From: Epiperipatus broadwayi
Taxonomy: Eukaryota > Animalia > Onychophora
Direction of reading: 5' to 3'
Assembly (NCBI GenBank): GCA_028023455.1
Contig: JAQFVV010000004.1
Location: forward strand, 10,230,001 to 10,294,000
Length of the DNA stretch: 64,000 bases
Within the stretch, counting starts at the first letter, position 1. Each line of letters opens with the position of its first letter. Positions 26,843 through 40,896 of this stretch are shown here, piece after piece. The translations under genes were made by a program, and so were the position numbers. The notes under the pieces are model-generated. The model was not told where the DNA came from, searched no databases, and worked only from the letters and a program-made list of their open reading frames with translations.

Positions 26843-27500
26843 TGCTATGTGTGTGTGTATTCACATAAACACACAATAATAATGTAACTATTATAAATGA
26901 ATACAAGTATGTGTGTGTATGCTTATTAACAGATACACGCAATAATAATGTAACTATGAAAAACATTCAAGTATGTGCGTGTATGCTAAAAGCATCACAG
27001 AAACGATTAAGGTTGGTCAGAGATAACCAGACTGACCACTTTGTACCTCGTGTCATGGGATGACCAATGGAAATAGAGAGTGTTACATCCGGTACGGCGG
27101 GAACAAACAAGGTCAGACTTGCTAGGTGAAGTTGAGGGATGGATGCATTCTCCTGACTGCACAGACACTACTTCACTTTCAGCTCATCTCGTGGAGAGGT
27201 CTACCTCTGAACGTACTAAGGTAGACCTAGGGACCATTACAGGTCGTATAGACTTTAATATTGTTTATTGTAAGCCTGCGGGCCTTTAAGACTAGAGTTG
27301 TATAATAATGTGTTAGTCAGTTTACCTTTGTAATAATTGTATTATATATTAATCCTTGTATATGTATTTATGTATATAAACCTATTAACTCCACTACCGT
27401 GTTCGTGTGTTTAATTATATAATTACTTGTTGCTGTTGAGTGTGCTAAATCTCACTAAAACCTCAACCATATACATATTCGACTAGTACTGGATATTGCA
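26843..27500 (+). repeat. 3' LTR (658 bp)
   Basis: Direct repeat of 21317-21965 with +8 and +1 indels. Confidence 0.95.
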
Positions 27501-27575
27501 ATAAACAAAAGAAATTGCAAAGTGTGATATAAAAGTTTCTAAAATTTATCAGATTAACAATATAAGGTGAAAATT

Positions 27576-27660
27576 AGCGCGACTGTCTTGCACTTGCAGG
27601 CAGTTGCCTGGGTTGTGAGTTCGCATCCCGGCCGATGCTATGACACTTAAAAAAAAAAAA
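27576..27660 (+). mobile_element. 5'-truncated tRNA-derived SINE
   Basis: GTTGTGAGTTCGCATCCCGGCCGATGCTATGACAC plus A run. Possible short TSD AAAATT. Confidence 0.78.
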
Positions 27661-29245
27661 AATTCCTCCCTTACATAAATGTAAAGTAAATCCTGATTAT
27701 ATAACGTGATTAAGTTTTTAAACTGAAATAACAAGCATACAAAAAAAATATTCTATTACTGAGATTCTGAAAGACACAAAGTAAAAAACAAGGTGGTTAG
27801 AGTCAATCTAATTAAAATTTATTGCTATTTATTACATTGTGACCACCAAAGTCAGGGAAGTTAATATATAAATAAAAAGGTAAAAATGTAAATAATTATA
27901 AATTTTTAATATTCTGTTGTGTCTTTTGTTAAACAAAATTATATAGAATTCATTATTTTAATTAACTAATTTTATTTTATGGGTGGTGGAGGTGTTATTT
28001 CTATATGATAAAAACATATAGATATTTAAAAAAATAAATAATACTTGCAAATATAGATATATTAAAATTGCACAGATTGGTACTTCTAATATACAAATAA
28101 TTATTTATTTATTATAAATATGATTTTGTGCAATTTTATTGAATCAATATTTAAGAAAATAAAATAGAATATATATAATGCAAAAAGAAAAATATTGTTT
28201 TTTTTCTATACTTTATTGTGAATCCACTAATAACATCATCCTAATTTTATTATCTTTTGCATATTCTGATTCAATACATAAAAATGCTAACGAAGAGCTG
28301 ATTTCATATTAGTGTAACCAGAACATTCTGAAATGCATAAGCTTGTGGTTAAGACCTGTAGAGGTCCCTACCTTCGCATTTTCAAGTGTACATGCTTTAG
28401 GTTTATTGCCTTAGTAAATAATTCTTAGGTAAACAATGTAATGGAAAAATCTGCATTACCACATATTTGATATTCATTGTAGGACTTATAAATTAAAAAG
28501 CAAAAAAAGTAAATAATTTCATTTAGCATGTGATAAAATATTTTAATTTTCACAAAAGACATAAATCAAGCAGACCCAGGGTCTTGATAAATTTGAGATC
28601 ATGTGTCATTGCAATGCACTCAGACCAGCTCTGTTCATGAGACTACAAGTGTTGAAATTTATCTTGCACAAAGGCACCTCAGACTTGCTCAGTGGGCATG
28701 CATATCATTAAATATTAAATTATATACATGTATAAATGGAAATATACTAATTTATCAATAAGTTATGGGTAAATAATAGTACATCTATAAATGATAACAA
28801 ATAAAGTGAATCCACTCATTCTTTATTAAACTTTTAATCATTATTAGCTTTCGTTTACTGAAAGTTGAGAAATTAAAATGGGATAATGTATTAACTTGAT
28901 TTAAATGTGGTATACTAATTTAAAAATTATAATTGAGCAAAAAATGTTGGATTCATTATTTTATTTTTAATAACCTTTGTATTTACCTTTAGAACTCATT
29001 TAAAGGTATAATTATTTCTGTTTTAGTTAAACATCAATTTGTGAATGTAAATCCATTTATCCATAAACTATTGACAAATAACATCCATATGCTGATAAAT
29101 GATAAAGAATAAAGTAATTTACTGACATTGCTGGAAATCAGACTTAAAATAAGGAAATGTTTTATAAGTGAAAAAAAATCTGTATGTATTTACAAAATTA
29201 GATGATTTTTATTTACACATAAGTTTTGTATGCACAGACATTCCA

Positions 29246-32200
29246 CTCCTCCCTCTCCTCTAAAAATAATGGACTCAATAGCATATACAGTCTCTAAACA
29301 TTACAGGTAGTATGGTATACATGATGTTTTGAGAATAACACTCTCTTTCCTCTATTGGAATAGTTACACCTTATTTTTCTTTCTTTATCAACTTCTCTTT
29401 ATTATTCTTTTAATTGATTTTGATCACTATTTAAATCGTTTAATGTTTTTTTAACTACTTCATTTACAAATAAATTGTTTTCCCAAACATCTGGTGAAGT
29501 ATCTGCAAAAGAAAAGTGGAAGGTGGTTGATGTGTATTGTCACTTCCCTTCTATTTTCTAATTTGATAATATATATCTGTTTTGATAACAATTTCCCTAT
29601 TACAATGGACATCCATTTACTTTTAAGTATATCACATATTCATATGCTTTCTCCTATTTGGAATTTCTTCCAAATTTTTGATTTTTCACTTTTTTACTAA
29701 TAGCTAGTAATAACTTGGTCAGATGAGTGTGAACCAGATGATACATCACTAACTCTGCTGAAGCTATACTGGGTATAAAATACTGACTATTAAATAGGAT
29801 CTGCTAATGCTTTTGGTACATTCTTTATTGGAGTTTTTTTTTTCAACATGCTCTTTGAATGTTGAAGTGCTTTCTATGCAAGCCCCGTATTTTCAGATGA
29901 TAAGGTACAATAAGGATGAGATAATCACTTTATACTGCAAGTAGCATTATTAGTCACTATTATCTCAGGATAAACATATGCCACAAATATTTCCTTCAGT
30001 AATGTTATTGTGCATCCCTTAATCATGCTTTTTACTAATTTATATTCAGTACATAGAGATAATGAACCCACTAGTATCAGTATTATTTATCTATTTAAAA
30101 GTCCTGTGTGATACAAATGGATATGAAGGGGTCATAGAGCTTTTCCACATTTCCAATTGTTTAGGTGGCAATTTCAGAATGACCTTGAAGAAAAAATTCA
30201 ATACGTGTTCTGCCTGAGGTGGGGATGAGTATGCGATCTGCCATCAGCATGCATTCTTTGCAAATTGAAAGACCATATCATAGTTCCAAATTGATTTACC
30301 ACACCTGTAGACATGTTTTACACCAGCCAAATTTAATCCATTTCATGAGTGGAACATATCTTTTGTCTTTTTTAATCAAATGAACTACTTAAAGTTTCAG
30401 AGTTTAATAAGTCTATATAGTTAATTTCACTAACTGCACTTTGTTTCTCCTTATTATTAGTTAACCAAGATAGAGTATCAGCAAGTCTGATTTCTTTTCT
30501 TGGTTTATAGACTAATTCATAGTCATAGTGTGACAAGATATTCATCCAATATACAGACTAAATTTTTTAAAAAAATTTCCTCAGTGCCAAAAGTTCTCAT
30601 TAGGAAGCAAGGGTTCATGCAAAACTAAAATCTTTGCCCACATATTTCTTAATGGCAATAACTACTGCTAAGATCACCTTGTCAATTTGGCTGTAATTTT
30701 TTTTCAGTTGCTAACAACAGTCTTAAGGTACATGTTATTGGACATTAAAATCCATATCATGGATAGGACATGATTGTTCTGATAATATATTCCAATGCAT
30801 CAGTTGTTCTTTTAACATCTAAATCAATACATTAATAAACCAACAATCAATCTGCCAGATGTTAAAAGATCTGCTTTTTTGAAGACTGAATTATATTCTC
30901 TAGTCCATGTCCATTTTATTTTTAAGAGCTGGTACAATGAATGTAACTTCACTACAAAAACTTTCAGAGAAATTAAACAAACTCAGAAAATCCTGCAATT
31001 TCTTTACATTTTCTTATCGTCATTTTACTTGTCGGGATTAGGGTATCTTTCTTTTGCATTTATTATGTGTCCAAAACATTTTATTTCTTTTATAGACCAA
31101 ATACATTTATTAATTTTTATTTTTGCCCTCACTTTTTCTAAATTTAAGCAGACTGCATCTACTTACTTTTTAAATTCTACCTCGATCTTTGCAGCCACCA
31201 AAATGTTATCAAAATAGATAATTAGACCATCCATAGATCTAAAAAGCATATGCATTTTTACTTGGAAAATGTTTAGCTCTATTGTGATACCATAGGGTAA
31301 CTTGTTACACTTATACAGTCCCCTATAAATAATTAGTGCTAGCATCCTACTGATTTTTCAGTTACTTGTATCTGATGGAATGCAATCTTTAAGTCTATTT
31401 TTGCAAAGTAAATGAAACTAATCCTTTGTATAAGCTTGGGATTAGGTATCAATCTTTATTAATCCATTAATTCAACATTACTTTGTAATCACTGCACAAT
31501 CACAAATTTCTAAATAATATCATTATTGTAAACACTGGTGTGACCAATGTTGAATCTTTAGTTGACATTAAAATTCCTTTGGAAACCATTTCATCAGCAT
31601 TTTTTCTACCTTCTCTCTCAAGGAAAATGACATTTTGTGAGGCATGCAGTTGACTGATTATGTATCTTTAATCAATTGTGCATCACTCATCATGTTCTTA
31701 GCTCCAAATGATCTGGACCTGAATAGACCCAAGTATCATTTTCACATTAGAATGTCTTTATCACATTTATATAAATATCAAGAGGTCAAAACTAGTTTCT
31801 TCCTAGCAACAGACTGAAATCTTTATTTACTACATATAGCATAAGTAATTTTACTCTAGCATTTAACTTTACTGGTATTACAACTTTTTCTCATATATAT
31901 AAATATTTTCTATTGATGTCTGTAGCCATCATGTCTGCATTTTAAAGTGTACACTATTTTTGGTGGTTTTTATTCAATCTTTATTAGATATCAGTGACAA
32001 ACTGACTCTGTTGTTTACTTTCATCATTATTGTTTAACTACAAATATCCACATCCAGTAATATGTAGTCTATTTCATTGTTATTCAGCATCTTTACATTA
32101 ACTCTTATAATCTATCCTTCTTCCATATTTGTAGTCCATCTTTTGCTTGTTAATAGTTCTGCACTCTTTTAATATGTGGTCCACTTCAATGTTAGTCAGC

Positions 32201-33935
32201 ATCTTTACATTGACAGACAGCAGCAAAATGTCCTTTCTTTTCACAATTTATGCATATTTTATCTTTGCGTTTGCAATTATCCCTTAAATGTCCAGATTTA
32301 CCACAAATAGTACATTTTCTCTTTTTTTCTCTCTACTGGGTTTCAGAATATTTTTTCTTCCTTTTGGTCTTGTAAATGAGATTTTATCCAAGAGTTGTGG
32401 TGATATATATTTGGGCACATTATTTAGCATAGCTTTATGTTTGACACATTTCTCCATGCCTCATTTATGATTTAGTTTGGGCTCACTTAGCAATACTTTT
32501 CTTAAATTTTATTAATAGAGGTTGCTCTAATATTATGTCATTAATTTCAGGGCCAAACTCACAGATCTTAAGCTAATTTTCTTAAAGCTAAATCATATTC
32601 CACATATATTTCATGTAGTAGCTACTTTTTTTAAAATCTCAGCAGAACTACCCATTTAGATGTTTACAGAGTAAAATAGGCATTTAGTATCTTGTAGTGA
32701 TGTTAATTGTGTATACTTCTTCTATATAGAATGTAATATACTTATACGCAACTATAGAAAAGCTTGTTATTTCTATAAATTTAATATGGCTTAGCACTTT
32801 CAAGAACTTATGGTGTTCTCATATTCATAGCAAGATGAAATAAAATAATAATAGAGAGATGAGTGTAAATGTATGATAACTTCGGTGCTGATTTAGTACG
32901 TGCTCATGGCCGCCATTTTGAATTACAACAACTGCCCAAACCATGCTGGAACATCCAACCGATAAATGACATCGATCAAAATGGCCATTTTCATAAAAAA
33001 AAAAAGAAAACCAAAATTGCAATTTTCATAGAAAAAAAAAAACTTATAAGAAAGTTTCTCCAGTTATTTGGGATCAGTTAACCAGTTTGCCACCTGTATT
33101 ACATCTTGAATACTTTCAGATGCTTGTCTTATACCTTATTTATTAAACATATAATATTCTACATGTTCAACATAATTCTTCCATGAACAACATTATTAAT
33201 GTTGAATTTCTGAATAGTAGTATTTAATACTGTATTTTCTAATTATATACAAGTTATTCACATGCCATTTTGTTATTGTTATCCAAAGTGTTTATTATTG
33301 TTGACTAGTACTATTCTACTATGCCTTGAGGGTCTCTAAGACTAGCCAGGCAGTAATAATACTAAGAACAAGATGGTACACATACATTCATAATATTAAT
33401 AATAATGAGGTAAAAAACATTAATAATATAATAATCTATAAAATTAAATCACCCAATTTTGCATATATGTTTTCCAATTTAAAAGTCTCTTGTGCATATG
33501 TTAACAAATACATATGGTTCTTTTACTCATAACTAATGTTCAGCAATTTAAATATCTTTAGTGGATAATATACTTCTATATACAAATAAACTTTTAAAGT
33601 TCACAATTTAAATGCTTTCTTGGCACACCTAATTTATACTTTTACTTAACCATCATTCTGCTATTACTTTTCACTTGCAGTTTGATTGACTTCTGTTAAG
33701 TACCCTTTCCTTGGTAATCATTTTAACTGATACAAATACTTCATCTTTTTCATACCCATACTCAACTGCTTGGGGTTTTATTTATACTCTGCTATTTTGT
33801 ATGTAAGTGGCTTTATTTGCATACAAATTTTATTCAATTAAATTTTCTATTGGGACAATCTCTTTGTACATTTTTCTAGAGTAGTTTGTTTGTTACAAAA
33901 TTAAATAATCTTTATGTACGTACACAGACATTCCA
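29246..33935 (-). mobile_element. Older decayed Ty3/gypsy element, opposite strand
   Basis: Zinc knuckles CTICGKSGHLRDNC and CINCEKKGHFAAVC (~32217-32330); RT LPYG...YFDN (31163-31345); RH NYSQIDK (~30680); IN EIFVAYVYPEIIVTNN and PYH (~29880-30000). PPT AGAGGAGAGGGAGGAG (29246-29261) followed by TGGAATGTCTG, which recurs at 33935 as a putative 5' LTR start. The 3' LTR extends left of 29245 to an undefined end. Confidence 0.82.
32870..33050. repeat. CCGCCATTTTGAATT-type interspersed repeat fragment
   Basis: GGCCGCCATTTTGAATT at 32908, a second AATGGCCATTTT and A-tracts. Related motif at 34675. Confidence 0.45.
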
Positions 33936-34659
33936 ATTCTGCTTACAAGTTTTTATGTAATATTAGTTAATATTGCATTCTGATATAATTATAATATAAT
34001 CAATAAAATATTATTTGTTTAAGCACAGATACATCCAAATCACTTTATGATGATATTTCCGCTGAAACACAATGTTCATGACAGAAAATGAAAGAAATAT
34101 TTAAGAACAATATTCCATTAAAGTATTCACAGAGCCAATACTTTCATTCTTAGTAACTTTGGACCAAAAATTAATGATTCCACCATTAAGTACTTTAAAG
34201 TTTCCAAGAACAAAAATTCAGTGACATTGAAATTGTTTTCATTAGATTATTTTACTTTGCAAAAAAAAAAAAAAACAACAAAGAATCATCTAACTGTGAG
34301 ATTAACTTTTGTTCACCAAAGAGTCCAGTTTTTTTGCTGTAAGCATTATCCTTTGTTCAAATTTCAAAAAGTTCACTTAATGTAAAATTTTTATTTTTAT
34401 TGTATTTTTTTTATATAAAAAATAAAATAATTACTACTATTATGATGATGACATATCTGCTATGCTGCCATTCCTATTACTGATTTCACAGACATAATGA
34501 TCTAATTATATTCTTTAATAAACTATTGTTAGAAAACATTTTCTGTTGAAGTCCCTACACAAAATTGCTCAAGGATACAGTCATTTTTAATAAATAAAAT
34601 CCAGTTACAAAAACATTATTTATTTATTATATTGCTTACTAGAAAATAATAGGTGCTCT

Positions 34660-35110
34660 TTTAGTATGCAATTTCCGCCATTTTGAATTTCAAAAATGAC
34701 CCAAAATGCCATCTGACACATCTAAGTGATAAAAAAGTACATGAAAATGCAAAAAATTTAGAACTCTGGTCACGTGACTTGAAAAAAAAAAAGCCCAAAA
34801 TGAGCCAAATAGATTGCATAATAATAATAAAAAAAGCCGAATAGATTACATGATTAAAAAAAAACCAAAACATAAAAAAATTAGAAACCTGGTCAAGCAA
34901 AACTTTACGAAATAGATATGAGATCGCATAATAAAAAAAAAAAGGTCAAAACGCAGAAAATTTACAACTCTGGTCACGTGACTATGATGTCAATTAAAAG
35001 CCCAAATAATAATTACAGAATGCTTGGTAGCCAGGCGTCATCACTGTTATTCAACGCCAAAATTTTGCTTACAAATAAAGGAGTAAAAAACATTAAATTC
35101 TGTCCATATG
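34660..35110. repeat. Internally repetitive interspersed element (probable non-autonomous DNA element)
   Basis: CCGCCATTTTGAATT at 34675. AACTCTGGTCACGTGACT twice (~34762 and ~34966). Repeated A-tract modules. Confidence 0.5.
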
Positions 35111-35511
35111 AGCAAAAAAAATAATGTGTGCTTGCATACACAAAAGTTTACACTATCACAATTATTACAAGACAACTGTCACTAGGACTGAAGACATTAA
35201 AGAAAATCAAAACCATGGAGAGAGAATGAGGTAAAATAAAAGACATATAAAATACTGTTTCTGTTAGAAATCCAATTTATTGTATGAGATAGTAAAAAAT
35301 TATTTTTCTTGGGAACTGCTTATTAATTATTTGCACTTAACTCCTATATCTAACAATAACCTGAGTTCAGCATTATATTTCAATAACAATTTACTTTTAG
35401 TGTTATAATTTATTAGCATCTACAAAATGTTACACGTTCCAATAAAAATCATACTTTATGTAAATTATATTATCGCAATTTTGCACACACACTCATTTTG
35501 TATTTACTTAC

Positions 35512-35645
35512 ATAGCAAATATAATGTCCTGGTACATTCTTAGCACATAAGGTAATATTTTTTTGAAAGGTTGGATGATGCTGTAAACAATATTCATCAC
35601 TTGCTAAAATCAATCTATTTTCCTGTAATACTTCACTGTATTGAC
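35512..35645 (-). CDS. Penultimate exon of the serine protease
   Basis: tattttattctag| (G)QYSEVLQENRLILASDEYCLQHHPTFQKNITLCAKNVPGHYICY |gtaagt. 134 nt, phase 1 to phase 0, joins the GDSGG exon in frame. LQE, both Cys and LCA are in the expected places. Confidence 0.9.
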
Positions 35646-38600
35646 CTAGAATAAAATACAATTAAAATTTTCTGAAATGGAGCCACGTGTATATAAAGAA
35701 GAACACACATATATGTATAATATTTTTATCTTAAAAAAATTTAAATTGCTTTAAAAATTAAACTATTACTACTATTTTTACTATTAATAATAAAAATAAT
35801 ACCCCATGTTTAAAGTCTAAACATCTAGCATTCTGCATTTTTTAAATTTAAGAACGTTATTTTTAGTTTATATACAATTTAATTTTTTTATACAGATATA
35901 ATCATACATTTCTGGATTAATAGTTTTGTACAACTGTTTGTATGACATGACAGAAATTGCAAAAAAATAAAATAAACCAATATATGTAAAATAACTTTAT
36001 TACCAAAATATAATAAAGTACTACTATTACTAATATATATTGTAACCTAGTGTTATTGACACTTGGTTTATTTAGCATTATTTCCACAGGAAAACAATGC
36101 TATCCTTTTCTAGGAAATAAAAAAGTAAAATAATAATAATATTAAGTGATTAATAAAATATGCTATTTACTCACTTTAACGTGTTTTAAGCAAATAACTA
36201 AAAAATTTGGTAATCCAATGTCATTTTGAAGAAGAGCATGAATAATTTAATTAAAATATTAACAATAAGAGCAATTTAATATAGTATAAAAGCACATATT
36301 ATAAACAGTAATTGATTTTGGATGGGTAGAGGGAGAGTAGATGAGTATCTTATCATAAAGCACAATAACTTCTGATAGTTTTTAAATTATTTTAGATAAT
36401 AATGTATACAGAATTATACATCACTAATAAGCATTGTTAATTAAATATATTTATTATTTTTCATTATTTGTCAAATTACTTTGTAATCCATTTAAATCAT
36501 ACAGAAAACTATATGACTGTAATAAGTTTTTTTTTCCTTTCTTTTGTTTATGTTATAATTAAATGATTATTTTTCTGTAAGAGGTCGCTAAAAGAAGACC
36601 ACCAAATTTGAAGAAAGTTTAGTCTGACTTTAGTTTTACAAGGAGGAAGCAGTACTGAAATTCGGTAACAAATTTTTTATTATTTTTTATTGCAGAAATA
36701 AATATAAGTCCAGTAAATTTTTAATAATATCATACATGGCTAATCTTATTTGATAAGATATTCTGTTTTCTGTTGCCATCTACCTATTTTAAAGCTTTTT
36801 ATATGCAAAAATGTACTATCTTATGCTAAAGTTCAAAATGACCGTATTGACTACCGCAATCACGGAAAATGTCATTATATTTAAAATAAGTAAGAGGAGT
36901 AATTTCCAGGAAATAATCAATGATTTGTTAACTTTACCTTATTTAATTATCTTTTCGTGGTATAAAAGAAAAATTATAATTAAAAGACATATTATAAAAG
37001 CCAAGGAAAGTTAACTAGAAAATTTCGCGCTCTTTCTAAAAGAAATTGTCTGCTTTGAAAATAATGTAAGTTCCCCATGTTAAAATATGTTTTATTCACT
37101 GAAAATTATCTAAAAATAATATTAATGATCAATGATATTTACTTATGCACCTGTATATTTTTTAAAAAGAAAATATAAATTTTCTCAAGGCAAATATCGG
37201 AAAATTTGTATGTGTGCATTTTACAGAGAATTCCTTATTAAAGACAAATTATAATTCCTAGAGTAGGAATAAAAACTACAAACATTAGTGACTTAATTAT
37301 AACCATAATATAATGTTATATTATACATCAATTGGAGTCGTTAAAACTTCATATCCACGTAAGTCAGCTGCAGTCCTTATAATAATAATATTTTGGAAAA
37401 TTTGCGCATTAGTTTTCTTCCTAAGCCAGCTAGCTAAAAATGATACGTATCGCCAATAGTAAAAAAGAAAAGAATTGTATATGTGATCGTCTATCGTCAA
37501 ATATTCGTCATGTTAAAATATGTATTGTTTTCTTGGATCCCAAAATTATATCAGTTAATTCAAGGAAGAGTTAACATCCAACGCTGCTATGTTTCCTTTG
37601 CCTAATTTATTAATTGCACCAGAATGGAGGCAACTTTTATATAAATGAAATAATAAAATGTGTTTCTTATTTTAAATTTGCTTCGTGAACTACGAATGGA
37701 TCAAGTTCTTTATCTAGATAAATTGCCCAACGGAAAAACATTTTTCTAGTGAGATAATAAGCACTTGTTAAGTAATGATTTTTTTACTAATTTGTAAAAT
37801 TATGTATTTTTTTTTATATCAACAGGTGAAAGGCTGTATAGTCAAGTAATATTTAAATGACCTTGTAATCATAAAGGTATGTTTTCATGTAATTATTCTA
37901 GGTTAGATTTATATTTGACATGAAAAAAAAAATTTTGTTTTATAAAATGTGTTTACTTATGATATGCAATTATGGGTATAAATTTATATGTTAGATGCAT
38001 AAAAGAAAAAAAATTTAGATACTTAATAGGTAAAATATCTAGTTAAAATTATCAGAAGTAATTAAAGAGAAGTGCTATACAGGATATTACTTATTTAAAG
38101 TTTGAAACAAATTTATACTATGTTAATTGAGGAACTTATTCCCAATTATTCTTTATTAACGCATTCACTTGATTTAGTGTTCAAGATACTATACTACCTA
38201 TTACTTGTTGAATGTTTCTTTGGCAAAGGTGAAAATTATTATGTTTTATTCTGTGATATCCATTGATTTCAGACGTTGATCTAAGTATACCCTGGAACAT
38301 AAATTTAGAGTAATTAGTGTATTTGCTTGTCTTGCCCCGATATAGCATTGGTATATGCTTAAGATTCGCATAAGTAATAATTGTAATGTCTTTATTTTGT
38401 GGGATGGAAAATGATCTCCCCAAAAGCTTTATTTTCCATGAGGGGAATAGATAAATCTAGTATTTGGGTATGTTTATAACCCAAGTGATCGCTTCTCAGA
38501 GTTAGGACGATCAGTAATTTATATCATATTTAGTGTATTTCATTCGTTAAAATCCCAGGAGAGGATTATATTTGGCGTGTGTTCCTATTATGCCCAAGTA

Positions 38601-40776
38601 AGAGGCAAGGACCCACCAAACTATTTTAATGTAGTAGTTAACTCTACAGACCTTCAGTGTTATTCCATATTTTTCATGAAAAAATAGAGATAATTCCACC
38701 ACGAAAGGTGTTGATTATTGTGTTTTGTTTAGAAAGTTATGGCAAGATAACGGGTGTATTGAAGGTTAATTCCTCACGATCCATTTAGTATAAATAGCGT
38801 GCTAGTATATATGATCAATGTCTGGATTGTGCGGCTGAATAGTGCTGGTAATCCACACGTAAGTCAATGGAGAGAGTAAGTTTAAAATTGCGTGATTTAG
38901 AAATTTTTATTTGCCAATGGAGGGTTCAAATACTAGGTTTAATTCGGGTTAATGATTAAGTAGCACTCACAATATAACTTATACTGAGAAAAACAGTGTG
39001 TATAACAACTTCAGTTGTTATTAAGGTAAAAATTAAAATAATAAGTGTAACTTCTGATAAATAACCCATAAATTATAATAAGTTATCTAAATAAAAACTA
39101 TCATTTAATTAAAGATATGATAATAAAAATAGTTTTTTTTTTTATATTGCCTAGAATCAGATTGTTTTTATTTTAAAACAAATAGTTAGTTAATAAAGTT
39201 AAGCAGCCGTTCATATAAGATACACTAAACGGATGAGTTGATGTATCGATAATAATATTTATTTTGTTATATTCAATTTGCATAAATGTAAAAAGAAGAT
39301 GAAGAAGTAGTTCGAATCCAGGTCTAAAAGTATAGACGAATTAATGTTAGTTATATTTTGTTTTATCCATATGGGATCGAATAAATTGTATATGTTTGTT
39401 TATTATGTTAATCATAAAGGATAGTTTTGTTAAACTGTAATAGTAAATCATAATCTTGTTAAAATTTAATAATAAATTATAGTCTTGTTACAAGTTGTTT
39501 TGAGTCATTTTTCTTGTGTGCTAAATAAAAGTGTATTTGCATAATACTTGCAATACGTTCTTGAGTCCAAAATCATTTATGAAATCTTAAATTCAATACA
39601 CCAGATAGACAATTGTAGGCAGATCAGAATATTTCATTATATTTTAATTTAATAAGAATTATTTATGGAATTGGAAACTTCAGACCAAGACATTTTATTT
39701 TATATGTGTGTAAAATGACTTTATTCCCAAACTAGTCGCCTTTGTTGCACATTATTTCGTACACTTTTAAGTGAAGTGTCTGAGTAATAAATCTTAGTTA
39801 AATTATTGTGTTGTCATGGATAATGGAAGGACACAAAAGCACCCTTATCTTTTCATCATTCCGACTGAAATTCTGGATTAAAAGGGCTGTATTATTCAAA
39901 ATTATGCGTTGTTATTGAATATAGTTATCATCTCGTTAAATATTATAATAGTTGATATGTGGATGAAGACACCTGGAATTTAAATAAGGTAAATGTTTCC
40001 TATAGCCGACCAGAATGTCAGTCATATGCGACAACACAATACTGTCAAGCATTTTATTAAATATAACAGAGAACCCTGAGATTAGTGTCATTATTATTAA
40101 GTGCTCTTAAATTAAGAATTGATTCATTATGATCAATATTACAAGCGTGGCATGGCTTAAGAGATTGAAACTTCTAATTGTATAATAATAAAAATATTGA
40201 GATCATATTGGCAAATTAATGAATGTTTTATTTTAGTCAGTAATATTAACAATGACATGAAATCATCATCATCATTGTCGAACAGTGCAAGTACTTACAG
40301 CTCAGAGAATGTGTTTTGGATAGAAAAAAAATGTTAGTTTTTTTTTTTTTTAATTTATTTTATTAATGATAATTTTTTTTAATTCTATCTCTGTCTGAAC
40401 TGCATATCGCTGTAGCTGAATTATTATAACTAACCAAACGTCGAGCTATATTAGGTAAAATAAAGATGGTTTGTTGCCCGAATCATAGACGGAAGCGTTT
40501 AGGCTTTCCGAATTCTCTTTCATAATAATAGAATCGTTTGATGGGTTCCGAATTCTCTTACCATTTTTATACGGAAGCGATTAGGCTTCCGAATGGATTT
40601 AATAGAAATGAATTCTTTTAATAGGTTAGAATATATATATGGAGAAAACATTTCAAGCATTAAATATATATATAACCTTAGTATATTTTTCTTCCTGGAC
40701 ATCCTTGTCAGAGATAACGTTTATATTCAAAATAAAAAAGATGTACATGTTCCAAAACGCAATCAACCAAACAATG

Positions 40777-40896
40777 TTCCGTTTTTTGTTAATTACGGTG
40801 TCTGTGTTATCTGTAACCCATACCTCACCAATTGTATTCCATTTTTTGTTAATTACGGTGTCTGTGTTATCTGTAACCCATACCTCACCAATTGTA
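40777..40896. repeat. 60-bp tandem repeat, two copies, one mismatch
   Basis: TTCC(G/A)TTTTTTGTTAATTACGGTGTCTGTGTTATCTGTAACCCATACCTCACCAATTGTA twice. Confidence 0.92.

Larger units (their letters stand above)
21317..27500 (+). mobile_element. Full-length Ty3/gypsy LTR retrotransposon (Mag-like), disrupted
   Basis: Two LTRs (TG...CA), 5-bp TSD ATAAA (21312-21316 and 27501-27505), PBS, PPT, and domain order gag-PR-RT-RH-IN. Confidence 0.96.

Noticed and set aside
38160-39100. Mitochondrial insertion (NUMT)
   Set aside because: TAA/TAG stops remain in the frames I translated even with TGA read as Trp, and there is no recognisable mitochondrial protein motif.
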